DNA of 63,851 bases, counting the filler. It is 6 parts of 6 records of this genome, joined end to end, with 100 filler letters (N's around TTAATTAATTAA, not from the genome) between each part and the next. Parts side by side here need not be neighbours in the genome. Positions count along the whole stretch, not along the records: positions 1 to 30,307 come from SRR20825010_4633; 5 more parts are not named here. One strand, written 5' to 3'. Positions 1-9,086 of this stretch are shown in pieces (position 1 is the first letter of the stretch; each line of letters begins with the position of its first letter). The notes below the pieces were generated by a model. That model did no database searches and had not been told where the DNA came from. It saw nothing but the letters and a program-made list of their open reading frames with translations. Position numbers and translations under genes: made by a program.

Positions 1-40
1 CGAGCCCCCATGGATGGGTTAACGGCGTGTTTGGGGAGAG
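1..40 (-). repeat. truncated copy of a probable dispersed intergenic repeat
   Basis: Minus strand reads CTCTCCCCAAACACGCCGTTAACCCATCCATGGGGGCTCG and is cut by the window edge. It resembles, from memory, ACGCCGT.AACCC.TCCATGGGGGCTCG intergenic repeats of gammaproteobacteria. Only one copy is in the window. Confidence 0.35.
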
Positions 41-82
41 AGTTGCCGGCCTTTGCTGTGCTCCTGGCAAACAGTCAGGCAC

Positions 83-112
83 AAAAAAACCGGCCCATCA
101 GGCCGGTTTTTT
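83..112. terminator. bidirectional intrinsic terminator downstream of rpsT
   Basis: AAAAAAA-CCGGCC-CATCA-GGCCGG-TTTTTT: GC stem flanked by A and T tracts, about 20 nt past the rpsT stop. Confidence 0.85.
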
Positions 113-133
113 CATTCAGGTTCCAAAGAAGCG

Positions 134-403
134 TTACGCGCTCTTCAGAGCCTTGATGCGGGCGCTCAGACGGCTCTTCTGGCGAGCAATCTTGTTCTTG
201 GCGAACACGCCTTTGTTGACCATGCTGTCCATAATCGGCTGAGCCTTCTGGAGAGCAGCTTGTGCTTCTTCTGGCTTGCCGGCCTCAATGCTGGCCTGGA
301 CCTTCTTGATGTAAGTGCGCGCCATGGAACGCAGGCTGGCATTGTGCTTGCGGTTCTTCTCGTTCTGACGTGCGCGCTTCTTGGCTTGCGGGGTATTTGC
401 CAC
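134..403 (-). CDS. rpsT: 30S ribosomal protein S20
   Basis: ANTPQAKKRARQNEKNRKHNASLRSMARTYIKKV...KNKIARQKSRL is the S20 signature. GTG start at 403 with AGGAG upstream. Confidence 0.97.
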   Translation of the reverse strand: MANTPQAKKRARQNEKNRKHNASLRSMARTYIKKVQASIEAGKPEEAQAALQKAQPIMDSMVNKGVFAKNKIARQKSRLSARIKALKSA

Positions 404-504
404 CGTATAACTCCTGAGATCTGTGAAATCCGAAATTCGTTGTGAATCGATTCGTAAAAATCGCGGGCGCGCCAAAACCAGCGCGTCGAAATAAATGACG
501 CGGA

Positions 505-533
505 ACTATGCCGCCAAAGCCCCAAAATGTCAA
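505..533 (-). promoter_or_regulatory. sigma70 promoter of rpsT
   Basis: Minus strand TTGACA-17 nt-CATAGT. Confidence 0.7.
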
Positions 534-689
534 GGCTCAACGCTATTTCATCCCGGTATCTCCGGCCCCTGTGGTAAACTCGCCGCTCATCGCCGGAGAG
601 TCCCGTTAAGGCCCTAAGGAATTACCGAAATATGGCCTGCTACATCCCGGGTACATCCAGAAACTACCGAACCATTGTCCAGGCCTAGA

Positions 690-2270
690 ATGTCGTCCGA
701 ACCTGAGCAGACAGAAACACCAAAGGCGTTGCCCAAACCACCAGGGCTGTTGAGGTCATCCGGAGTCGTTGGCTCAATGACGATGCTGTCACGGGTCCTC
801 GGTTTGGTAAGGGATATGGTGATTGCGCGTTATTTTGGTGCCGGGGCGGGCGCCGACGCGTTTTTCGTCGCCTTCAAAATCCCTAATTTTCTCCGCCGCC
901 TGTTTGCCGAGGGTGCGTTCGCTCAGGCCTTCGTACCGGTGCTTTCCTCGTATCGGCAGCAGGAGTCCATCACCGAAGTCCGGCGTTTGGTTAACGCGGT
1001 CGCAGGCGTCCTTGGGTTGGTTCTGTTGGGCGTGACGGCAGTTGCCATGCTGGGGGCGCCGCTTCTGACCGCAGTGTTTGCGCCAGGTTTTCTGGATGAC
1101 GACCTCAAGTTCGGCCTGGCCAGCGATATGCTGCGGATTACCTTCCCGTATTTGCTGCTGGTCTCCCTGACGGCGTTTGCGGGTAGTATTCTCAATAGCT
1201 ACGACCGTTTTGCCGTTCCCGCGTTTACGCCAGTGTTGCTCAATCTGGCGATGATCAGCGCGGCCATATTTCTCTCGCCCCTGATGGAAACGCCTGTCAT
1301 CGCTTTGGCTTGGGGGGTATTTATCGCCGGGGCGTTGCAGCTGTTCTTTCAGTTACCCTTCCTGATGCAGTTAGGGTTGATGCCGCGGCCAAAAGTGGAT
1401 TACAGGCACGAAGGGGTCCGTCGCATCATGAAGCTGATGGTGCCGGCGTTGTTCGGGGTTTCTGTCAGCCAGATCAATCTGCTTCTGGACACGGTTCTTG
1501 CGTCGTTTCTGCAGACCGGCAGTGTGTCCTGGCTTTACTACTCGGATCGCCTGTCGGAGTTGCCCCTGGGTGTATTCGGTATCGCTATTGCCACGGTGAT
1601 TCTTCCCAGTCTGTCCCGCAAACACGCAGCGGAATCGGCAGACCAGTTTGCCGCAACGCTGGACTGGGCTGTGCGGGCGGTCCTGCTTATCGGTCTGCCT
1701 GCCGCGTTGGCCCTCGCTCTTCTGGCTGAGCCACTGATTGCGACTCTGTTCCACTACGGAGAAGTTACCGATCGCGACGTCACCATGGCGGCCCAAAGCC
1801 TGCGTGCATACTCCGCCGGATTGCTGGCCTTCATGTTGATCAAGGTGCTGGCGCCGGGGTATTTCGCACGGCAAGACACCAAGACGCCGGTTAAAATCGG
1901 CATTATCGCGATGGTGGCCAATATGGTATTTAACCTGGCGCTGATTTTCCCCTTGGCACATGCGGGGCTGGCGTTGGCAACTTCGCTGTCTGCGTGGTTG
2001 AACACGGCGCTCCTGTGGCGTGGCCTTATCCGTGAAGGCGCCTGGAAATGGCAGCCGGGGTGGACCCGCTTCCTGGTTCAGATCGGACTTGCCAATGCGG
2101 CCCTGGCTGCGGTCATCCTCTGGCTACAGCCGCCAGTGGGTCAGTGGCTGATGGCAGGCGGTCTCCAGCGGGCCACGGATATGGGTATTCTCGTAGTCTC
2201 GGGCGTCGCGGTGTACTTTATTGTGTTGGCATTGGCTGGGGTTCGGGTAAGACATTTTCGCCACAGGTAG
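690..2270 (+). CDS. murJ: lipid II flippase MurJ (MviN)
   Basis: LSRVLGLVRD, AFKIPNFLRRLFAEGAF and YYSDRLSELPLG motifs; many TM segments; divergent from rpsT. ATG at 690 preferred over TTG at 675. Confidence 0.96.
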   Translation: MSSEPEQTETPKALPKPPGLLRSSGVVGSMTMLSRVLGLVRDMVIARYFGAGAGADAFFVAFKIPNFLRRLFAEGAFAQAFVPVLSSYRQQESITEVRRLVNAVAGVLGLVLLGVTAVAMLGAPLLTAVFAPGFLDDDLKFGLASDMLRITFPYLLLVSLTAFAGSILNSYDRFAVPAFTPVLLNLAMISAAIFLSPLMETPVIALAWGVFIAGALQLFFQLPFLMQLGLMPRPKVDYRHEGVRRIMKLMVPALFGVSVSQINLLLDTVLASFLQTGSVSWLYYSDRLSELPLGVFGIAIATVILPSLSRKHAAESADQFAATLDWAVRAVLLIGLPAALALALLAEPLIATLFHYGEVTDRDVTMAAQSLRAYSAGLLAFMLIKVLAPGYFARQDTKTPVKIGIIAMVANMVFNLALIFPLAHAGLALATSLSAWLNTALLWRGLIREGAWKWQPGWTRFLVQIGLANAALAAVILWLQPPVGQWLMAGGLQRATDMGILVVSGVAVYFIVLALAGVRVRHFRHR

Positions 2271-2272
2271 GT

Positions 2273-2278
2273 TATAAT
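2273..2278 (+). promoter_or_regulatory. -10 element upstream of the ribF-ileS-lspA-fkpB-ispH operon
   Basis: Perfect TATAAT just after the murJ stop, about 60 nt before the ribF ATG; -35 is weak. Confidence 0.45.
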
Positions 2279-2335
2279 CGCGCGTTTTCTCACCAGTGAA
2301 ACCATACACCGCTGGCAAACAAGGGTTCGCTTTAC

Positions 2336-3307
2336 ATGCGTCTGATCCGGGGCCTGACCAACCTGAAAAGCCTTTCGCAGCAGGACGAAGCTCCGCTCGC
2401 GAACGGGTGCGTTGCCACCATCGGGAATTTCGATGGGGTGCATCTTGGGCACCAGACCATCATCGACCAGGTTCATGAAAAAGCACTGGAGCTCGGCGTG
2501 CCTTCCGTGGTGATGGTGTTTGAGCCCCAACCCCGTGAGTTCTTCCAGGGCCGTGACGCACCCCCACGGTTGATGCCGTTCCGGCAGAAATTTGAATTGC
2601 TGCTGGCGTCTGGCATCGACGTTGTCCTGTGCCTGCGTTTTAACGAGCGGTTCCGGAGTTACTCTGGTATGGGCTTTATTGAAGACGTTTTGATAGATGG
2701 CCTCGGAGTTCGCCATCTCGTGGTAGGGGACGATTTCCGTTTCGGTTGCGACAGGGCCGGCGATTTTTCGCTGTTGCGTGAAGTGGGTGTGCAACGCGGC
2801 TTCACGGTGGAGAATACCCGTACCGTGACGGTGCACGGCGAGCGTGTCAGCAGTACCCGAATTCGAGGTGTGCTTTCAGAGAACCGGATCAACGACGCCG
2901 AGGATTTACTGGGCCATCCTTACCGCATCCGAGGGCGAATCGTTTATGGCCGCCAGTTGGGGCGGCAGATTGGCGCGCCCACGGCGAACATTCTGTTACC
3001 TCATATGCCGGCGCTGAAAGGGGTCTATGTGGTAAGCGCAACCCTTGAGGATGGCCGTGTTCTGGACGGCGTAGCCAACATTGGTCTGCGCCCCACAGTG
3101 GATGGTAAGCAGCCGTCCCTGGAAGTGCACCTGTTTGACTTTGCTGGCACACTTTATGGCCAGCGTCTTGATGTGGTTTTCCGCCATGCCCTGCGGGACG
3201 AGGTGAAATTCGACTCGGTGGATGACCTCAAGGAGCAGATTGCCCGTGACTTTGACGATGCGCGGGCTTGGATTGCAGGCCATGGCTCCTCAGCCACCGA
3301 ACGTTGA
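2336..3307 (+). CDS. ribF: bifunctional riboflavin kinase / FAD synthetase
   Basis: GNFDGVHLGH, VSSTRIR, GRQIGAPTAN, NIGLRPT and LEVHLFDF motifs. Confidence 0.97.
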   Translation: MRLIRGLTNLKSLSQQDEAPLANGCVATIGNFDGVHLGHQTIIDQVHEKALELGVPSVVMVFEPQPREFFQGRDAPPRLMPFRQKFELLLASGIDVVLCLRFNERFRSYSGMGFIEDVLIDGLGVRHLVVGDDFRFGCDRAGDFSLLREVGVQRGFTVENTRTVTVHGERVSSTRIRGVLSENRINDAEDLLGHPYRIRGRIVYGRQLGRQIGAPTANILLPHMPALKGVYVVSATLEDGRVLDGVANIGLRPTVDGKQPSLEVHLFDFAGTLYGQRLDVVFRHALRDEVKFDSVDDLKEQIARDFDDARAWIAGHGSSATER

Positions 3308-3342
3308 CCGACATTTAACAACCTGAGCTACGCACCATTACC

Positions 3343-6162
3343 ATGAGCGACTACAAGCACACTCTGAATCTGCCTGAAACCGCCTTTCCCATGCGCGGTA
3401 ACCTGGCCAAGCGCGAGCCAGACATGCTCCAGCGCTGGCAGGACCTGGACGTATACGGCAACCTGCGCAAGCAGCGTGAGGGGCGGGACAAGTTCATCCT
3501 CCATGATGGCCCTCCTTACGCCAATGGCAGCATTCATATCGGTCATGCGGTCAATAAAATCCTCAAGGATATGATCGTCAAATCCCGCAGCTTCATGGGT
3601 TACGACGCGCCTTATGTGCCGGGCTGGGACTGCCATGGCTTACCAATTGAGCACAAGGTGGAGCAGGAGATTGGCAAGGCGGGTGTGAAGGTGGATTACA
3701 AGACCTTCCGTCAGGCCTGTCGTGATTACGCTACCAAACAGATCGCCGGCCAGAAGGCCGATTTCATCCGCCTTGGGGTGATGGGTGAATGGGAAAAGCC
3801 GTACCTGACCATGGACCCGAAGGTCGAGGCGGGCATTGTGCGTGCTTTGGGCAAAATAGTCGCCAAAGGCCATCTGGTGCGGGGGTTCAAGCCGGTGTAC
3901 TGGAGCGTGGTCGGTCAGTCTGCACTGGCGGAAGCCGAAGTTGAGTACCAGGACAAGACGTCAGTACAGATCGATGTGCGGTTCACGGTCGTAGACCAGG
4001 CGCGCGTGCTCGACCTGTTTGGTACCGACAAGGGCGAGGGTGATGTGTCGGTTGTTATCTGGACGACGACACCCTGGACCATTCCCGCCAACCAAGCTGT
4101 TTCACTGCACGCTGAGCTGGAATATGCCCTGGTACAGACCGATGCCGGACATGGACGGGAGCGTATGATCCTCGCCGCGGACATGGTGGATGGCATCATG
4201 TCGCGTTGGGGTGTTGAGAACTATGAGGTACTGGCGACTGTACCAGGCGCCACGCTGGAAAAACTGGATCTGCATCATCCGGTGTATGACAAGCAGGTGC
4301 CGCTGGTCCTGGGCGACCATGTGTCCACTGACGCTGGTACCGGCGCCGTCCACACGGCCCCCGATCATGGCATGGAAGACTTTGAAGTGGGGAAGGCCTA
4401 CGGCATTGATACCATCAGCCTGGTCAAGGCCGATGGCACCTATACCCAGGCCGCCGGTGAGTTTGCTGGCGTTCACGTCTACAAGGCGGATGACCCTGTG
4501 TGTTCAGCTCTGGAACGCGAGGGCAAGTTGATCCGGGCGGAGAAGTTCAGCCACAGCTACCCCCATTGCTGGCGTACCAAGACACCGTTGATCTACCGAG
4601 CCACCCCTCAGTGGTTTATCAGCATGGAGAAGGAAAACCTCCGTGACGACGCCCTGGAAGCCATCAAGGGTGTGCGCTGGGTGCCTGCCTGGGGCCAGAA
4701 CCGCATCGAGGCCATGTTCAGGCAATCCCCGGACTGGTGCATCTCGCGCCAGCGTACCTGGGGCGTGCCGATCACATTGTTTATCCACAAGGAAACGCAG
4801 GAACTGCATCCGGATACCCAGAATCTGATTGAGGCGGCAGCGAAGGAAATCGAAAAGGGCGGTATTGACGCCTGGTACGACATCGATACCACTGAGCTGC
4901 TGGGCAGTGATGCCGACCAGTATGAAAAGGTGTTGGATACCCTGGACGTATGGTTTGATTCCGGAGTAACCCACGAATCCGTGCTGCGTCCCCGCACCGA
5001 ACTGGGTCAGTTCCCGGCAGATATGTATCTGGAAGGTTCAGACCAGCACCGTGGCTGGTTCCAGTCGTCCCTGAAAACCTCCATCGCGATGAACGGCGTG
5101 GCGCCGTATAAGCAGGTGCTGACCCATGGCTTCACCGTCGATGGTAAGGGCCGCAAGATGTCCAAGTCCCTGGGCAACGTGATCGCGCCCCAGGAAGTGA
5201 TGAACGAGCTGGGTGCCGATATCCTGCGTCTATGGGTGTCCGCGACCGACTACAGCGGTGAAATGACGGTTTCCAAGGACATCCTCAAGCAGACTGCGGA
5301 CGGTTATCGTCGTATCCGGAATACCGCTCGCTTCCTGCTCAGCAACCTCACCGGTTTCGATCCGGAGCAGCATGCCGTTGCGCCAGAGGATATGATCGCG
5401 CTGGACCGCTGGATGGTCGACAAGGCCCTGCAGCTGCAGACGGAGCTGCATGAGGATTACCAGAATTACGCGTTCCTGCGCATCTACCAGAAGGTGTACA
5501 ACTTCTGCGAGGCCACCCTGGGCGGGTTCTATCTGGATATTATCAAGGACCGGCAATACACCACTCAGGCCGACAGCCGCGAGCGTCGCTCCTGTCAGAC
5601 GGCCCTGTTCCATGTGGCAGAAGCGCTGGTGCGTTGGATTGCGCCGATCCTGAGTTTCACGGCCGATGAAATCTGGCAGCACCTGCCCGGTAAGCGTGGC
5701 GATACCGTGTTCTACGAAACCTGGTACGAAGGCCTGACAGCACTGCCGGGCGACGCCGAACTGGGCCGTGATTACTGGAGCCGTATTTACAGCGTTAAAG
5801 AAGCGGTGAATAAGTGCCTGGAAGAGGTTCGTGGCAGGGGAGAAATCAAAGGTTCCCTCAGTGCGGAAGTGACTCTCTACTGCGAAGGCGACCTTGCCAA
5901 GGATCTGCAGTACCTTGGTGAAGAGTTACGCTTTGTGCTGATTACTTCGGAAGCCACGGTAGCACCGGTGTCTGACGCCGGCGACGCGGAGCCGACGTCC
6001 CACGAGGGATTGCTTGTAAAAGTAAACCCCGCCGGACACGCCAAGTGTGAACGCTGCTGGCATCATCGGGCCGATGTCGGTCAGAGTGAGCAGTATGGCG
6101 ACCTGTGTGGTCGTTGTGTGACCAACGTGGAAGGGCAGGGCGAGTCCCGCTCGTTCGCCTGA
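3343..6162 (+). CDS. ileS: isoleucine--tRNA ligase (type 1, C-terminal Zn finger)
   Basis: [34 protein letters not shown] and CERCW...CGRC. Confidence 0.98.
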   Translation: MSDYKHTLNLPETAFPMRGNLAKREPDMLQRWQDLDVYGNLRKQREGRDKFILHDGPPYANGSIHIGHAVNKILKDMIVKSRSFMGYDAPYVPGWDCHGLPIEHKVEQEIGKAGVKVDYKTFRQACRDYATKQIAGQKADFIRLGVMGEWEKPYLTMDPKVEAGIVRALGKIVAKGHLVRGFKPVYWSVVGQSALAEAEVEYQDKTSVQIDVRFTVVDQARVLDLFGTDKGEGDVSVVIWTTTPWTIPANQAVSLHAELEYALVQTDAGHGRERMILAADMVDGIMSRWGVENYEVLATVPGATLEKLDLHHPVYDKQVPLVLGDHVSTDAGTGAVHTAPDHGMEDFEVGKAYGIDTISLVKADGTYTQAAGEFAGVHVYKADDPVCSALEREGKLIRAEKFSHSYPHCWRTKTPLIYRATPQWFISMEKENLRDDALEAIKGVRWVPAWGQNRIEAMFRQSPDWCISRQRTWGVPITLFIHKETQELHPDTQNLIEAAAKEIEKGGIDAWYDIDTTELLGSDADQYEKVLDTLDVWFDSGVTHESVLRPRTELGQFPADMYLEGSDQHRGWFQSSLKTSIAMNGVAPYKQVLTHGFTVDGKGRKMSKSLGNVIAPQEVMNELGADILRLWVSATDYSGEMTVSKDILKQTADGYRRIRNTARFLLSNLTGFDPEQHAVAPEDMIALDRWMVDKALQLQTELHEDYQNYAFLRIYQKVYNFCEATLGGFYLDIIKDRQYTTQADSRERRSCQTALFHVAEALVRWIAPILSFTADEIWQHLPGKRGDTVFYETWYEGLTALPGDAELGRDYWSRIYSVKEAVNKCLEEVRGRGEIKGSLSAEVTLYCEGDLAKDLQYLGEELRFVLITSEATVAPVSDAGDAEPTSHEGLLVKVNPAGHAKCERCWHHRADVGQSEQYGDLCGRCVTNVEGQGESRSFA

Positions 6163-6187
6163 TGGACGTCGCCTTGTGGAAAGCGTA

Positions 6188-6706
6188 ATGACCAATACGG
6201 AAGAAACCGGCTCCAAGCTCCGCTGGCTCTGGCTGGCGGTGCTCGTTATCGTGCTGGACCTTGGGAGCAAGGCCATGGCTACGGCCATGCTGACCTATGG
6301 CAACCCGGTACCGGTAATGCCACTGTTCAATCTGACCTTGCTGCACAACACCGGTGCGGCGTTTAGCTTTCTGGCCGGTGCCGCAGGTTGGCAACGCTGG
6401 TTTTTTGTCTCCTTGGCACTGGTGGTCAGCGTAGTTCTGGTTGTATGGCTGAAATCCCTGCGGCGCCATGAAACCTGGTCGGCGATTGCCATCGTATTAA
6501 TCCTTGGCGGCGCGCTGGGTAACGTTTACGACCGCGTTGTTCATGGCTACGTGGTCGACTTCCTGCATTTTTACTGGAACGGCTACCATTTTCCCGCTTT
6601 TAACATCGCCGATACGGCCATCACTATTGGTGCCGGTATGATGATTCTGGATATATTCCGCAAGCCCCGGGAACCGGATGCGGACAACAGGAGCGACAAT
6701 CGCTGA
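6188..6706 (+). CDS. lspA: lipoprotein signal peptidase II
   Basis: [24 protein letters not shown] and FNIADTAI motifs; alternative GTG start at 6176. Confidence 0.96.
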   Translation: MTNTEETGSKLRWLWLAVLVIVLDLGSKAMATAMLTYGNPVPVMPLFNLTLLHNTGAAFSFLAGAAGWQRWFFVSLALVVSVVLVVWLKSLRRHETWSAIAIVLILGGALGNVYDRVVHGYVVDFLHFYWNGYHFPAFNIADTAITIGAGMMILDIFRKPREPDADNRSDNR

Positions 6707-7158
6707 TGAAAGAACTTCCCGTAGATCAGGGCACTCGCGTTACGCTTCATTTTGCGTTGAAGTTCAGTGACGGTGAGATCATTGATTCCACTTTCGAGAA
6801 AGAGCCGGCAACACTGGAGATTGGTGACGAGAACCTGCCGGAAAATTTTGAGGCCTACCTGATGGGTATGACGGCGGGCGACCGCAATAGCTTCGAAGTA
6901 CCTCCTGAAAAGGCCTTTGGGCAGCATAATCCGAGTAACGTGCAAACGTTCAAGCGGAGTGAGTTCAGCGCGGACATGGTGCTTGAAAAGGGGGTTATGA
7001 TCTCATTCGCGGATGCGCGTCAGAGTGAGTTGCCGGGCGTCGTTAGCCGTGTGGAAGGGGATCAGGTCGAGGTGGACTTTAATCACCCTCTGGCGGGGCG
7101 TACACTGACATTCGAAGTGGAAGTTATTGATGTGGAGCCTGTTGGTCGGGCCCACTAA
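6706..7158 (+). CDS. fkpB: FKBP-type peptidyl-prolyl isomerase (SlpA/FkpB)
   Basis: [17 protein letters not shown] motif; conserved position between lspA and ispH; TGATG coupling to lspA. Confidence 0.92.
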   Translation: MKELPVDQGTRVTLHFALKFSDGEIIDSTFEKEPATLEIGDENLPENFEAYLMGMTAGDRNSFEVPPEKAFGQHNPSNVQTFKRSEFSADMVLEKGVMISFADARQSELPGVVSRVEGDQVEVDFNHPLAGRTLTFEVEVIDVEPVGRAH

Positions 7159-7217
7159 GCGCATTTTGGTCCTCCCTCAGGCTTCTGCAAACTTGTTTGA
7201 TATCTCAGGGCAATTCT

Positions 7218-8168
7218 ATGCAAATCCGACTCGCTAATCCTCGTGGTTTCTGTGCCGGTGTCGACCGCGCTATCGAAATAGTGAACCGTGCCCTGGATGT
7301 CTTTGGTGCGCCCATTTACGTGCGCCATGAAGTGGTGCATAACAAATTTGTGGTGGACAATCTGCGCAACCGCGGCGCTATCTTTGTGGATGAGCTGGAA
7401 GAGGTGCCGGACGACAAGCTGGTGATCTTCAGTGCCCACGGTGTGTCCCAGGCGGTGCAGAATGAAGCCGCGCGCCGGGGGTTGAAGGTGTTCGACGCAA
7501 CCTGTCCTCTGGTAACCAAGGTTCACCTCGAGGTGATGAAGTACAGTCGCGATGGGCGTGAATGCATCCTCATTGGCCATCATGGTCATCCAGAGGTGGA
7601 AGGCACCATGGGGCAGTATGACCATGGCAACGGTGGCGATATCTATCTTGTGGAAGACGAGAAAGACGTTGCCGAACTGGTCGTGAAAGATCCGTCCAGG
7701 CTGTCTTATGTAACTCAAACCACGCTTTCCATGGACGACACCGCCCGAGTCATCGATGCCTTGCGTGAAAAGTTCCCGGACATTCAGGGCCCTCGCAAAA
7801 ACGATATCTGCTACGCCACGCAGAACCGTCAGGATGCTGTGAAGCAGTTGGCCGGTGACTGTGACCTAATGCTGGTAGTGGGTTCGCCGAACAGTTCCAA
7901 TTCCAATCGATTGCGGGAGCTGGCCGAGCGCATGGGAACGCCTGCCTATCTAATAGACCAATCAAATCAAATAGATCCGACGTGGCTCGAGGGCAAGCAA
8001 TCCATTGGCGTGACTGCTGGCGCGTCTGCCCCGGAAATACTGGTCAATGAGGTAATTGCGCGTTTAAGGGAACTTGGCGGCGAGGTGCCCGAAGAGATTG
8101 AGGGCAGGGAGGAGAATATCGTTTTCTCGATGCCTAAAGAATTGCGAATCGATGCCATCGAAGTCTGA
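7218..8168 (+). CDS. ispH: 4-hydroxy-3-methylbut-2-enyl diphosphate reductase
   Basis: [37 protein letters not shown] and TAGASAPE motifs. Confidence 0.97.
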   Translation: MQIRLANPRGFCAGVDRAIEIVNRALDVFGAPIYVRHEVVHNKFVVDNLRNRGAIFVDELEEVPDDKLVIFSAHGVSQAVQNEAARRGLKVFDATCPLVTKVHLEVMKYSRDGRECILIGHHGHPEVEGTMGQYDHGNGGDIYLVEDEKDVAELVVKDPSRLSYVTQTTLSMDDTARVIDALREKFPDIQGPRKNDICYATQNRQDAVKQLAGDCDLMLVVGSPNSSNSNRLRELAERMGTPAYLIDQSNQIDPTWLEGKQSIGVTAGASAPEILVNEVIARLRELGGEVPEEIEGREENIVFSMPKELRIDAIEV

Positions 8169-8182
8169 TTGTGATGGCATCG
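8150..8182. terminator. hairpin between convergent ispH and pilE
   Basis: CGATGCCATC...GATGGCATCG 10-bp inverted repeat spanning the ispH stop; no clear U tract. Confidence 0.45.
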
Positions 8183-8198
8183 TTCGTGTCATATTCGT

Positions 8199-8606
8199 TT
8201 ACCAGCACCCTGCTGCCTGGTCTGCGCCGCGATTACCCTGTTCATCCAGCGTAAGAGTTCCACAATCATCGTCTGTCTGAGGTCCGGTTGGAACTGCCTG
8301 CAAGGTAAACGCATTCCGGGCTACGTTCCCCACAAAGCTGATATCGTAGAACGCGTCTCCGTTCTGCGGCGACTGATCGAATGGCAAAACAGGATTATTA
8401 CCCCCATCGCGATAATCAAAACCGTTGGAGTATCGACGCTCCATCCATTGGGTGAGTTCTAGCAGGTCTGCCTGCGCAGTCGTTCGTCGGGTTTGCTCCA
8501 TCTGGCTCTGATAAAGAGGAAGCGCTATTGCTGCGATGATGGCAATGATCGCGACCGCAATCATCATCTCGATCAACGTAAAACCTGAGTTCGAGTGAGT
8601 CTTCAA
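8199..8606 (-). CDS. pilE: type IV minor pilin PilE
   Basis: Class III signal G|FTLIEMMI, FTLQAVP, C-terminal DDCGTLTL...CW. TTG start at 8606 follows AGAGGG; the ORF can extend to 8642. Confidence 0.88.
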   Translation of the reverse strand: MKTHSNSGFTLIEMMIAVAIIAIIAAIALPLYQSQMEQTRRTTAQADLLELTQWMERRYSNGFDYRDGGNNPVLPFDQSPQNGDAFYDISFVGNVARNAFTLQAVPTGPQTDDDCGTLTLDEQGNRGADQAAGCW

Positions 8607-8652
8607 AATCGTTATCCCTCTTAGTTTACTAGTGGTCGCCATTCCCGCATGG

Positions 8653-9027
8653 TCAGTTCAGAACTTCAATTTTTTGCACCAGTCGAGCGCCAGATCTCTG
8701 GTCCGCTATCCCTCCGAGTTCCAGCTTAAGACGATCACCCTGTGCGAGCCGCTGGACGACCTGTTCCCGTGACCAGGTGCCACCGTTGAACGTGATGACG
8801 CGCTCAAGTACGAAAGAATAGTCGTCAATGACCAGCATGAACGAATCGGGGTGGACAAAGTTCACGGTTCCCTCAAAAACAACGTTCTCGAGGGATATCG
8901 GATTGCCCTCCATGACTTCATCGTCCGCCTGGGCGAATGCCATGCCGCTTGTCATTGTTGCCGCCAATGCGATTAGGGCTACGGCAAGAGCTCTGCGTGG
9001 TTGATTCAGTAGTAAGCGAGTAATCAT
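8653..9027 (-). CDS. small exported protein, PilY2-like
   Basis: Sec signal ending AFA-Q; beta-rich FEGTVNFVHPDSFMLVIDDYSFVL segment; sits in the pilY2 slot between pilY1 and pilE. Confidence 0.6.
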   Translation of the reverse strand: MITRLLLNQPRRALAVALIALAATMTSGMAFAQADDEVMEGNPISLENVVFEGTVNFVHPDSFMLVIDDYSFVLERVITFNGGTWSREQVVQRLAQGDRLKLELGGIADQRSGARLVQKIEVLN

Positions 9028-9086
9028 AGTATTTTCCTGCTACTCAAATAAAAGATAGTTAGCTCGTGATCGGCCAAGGCAGCTTC

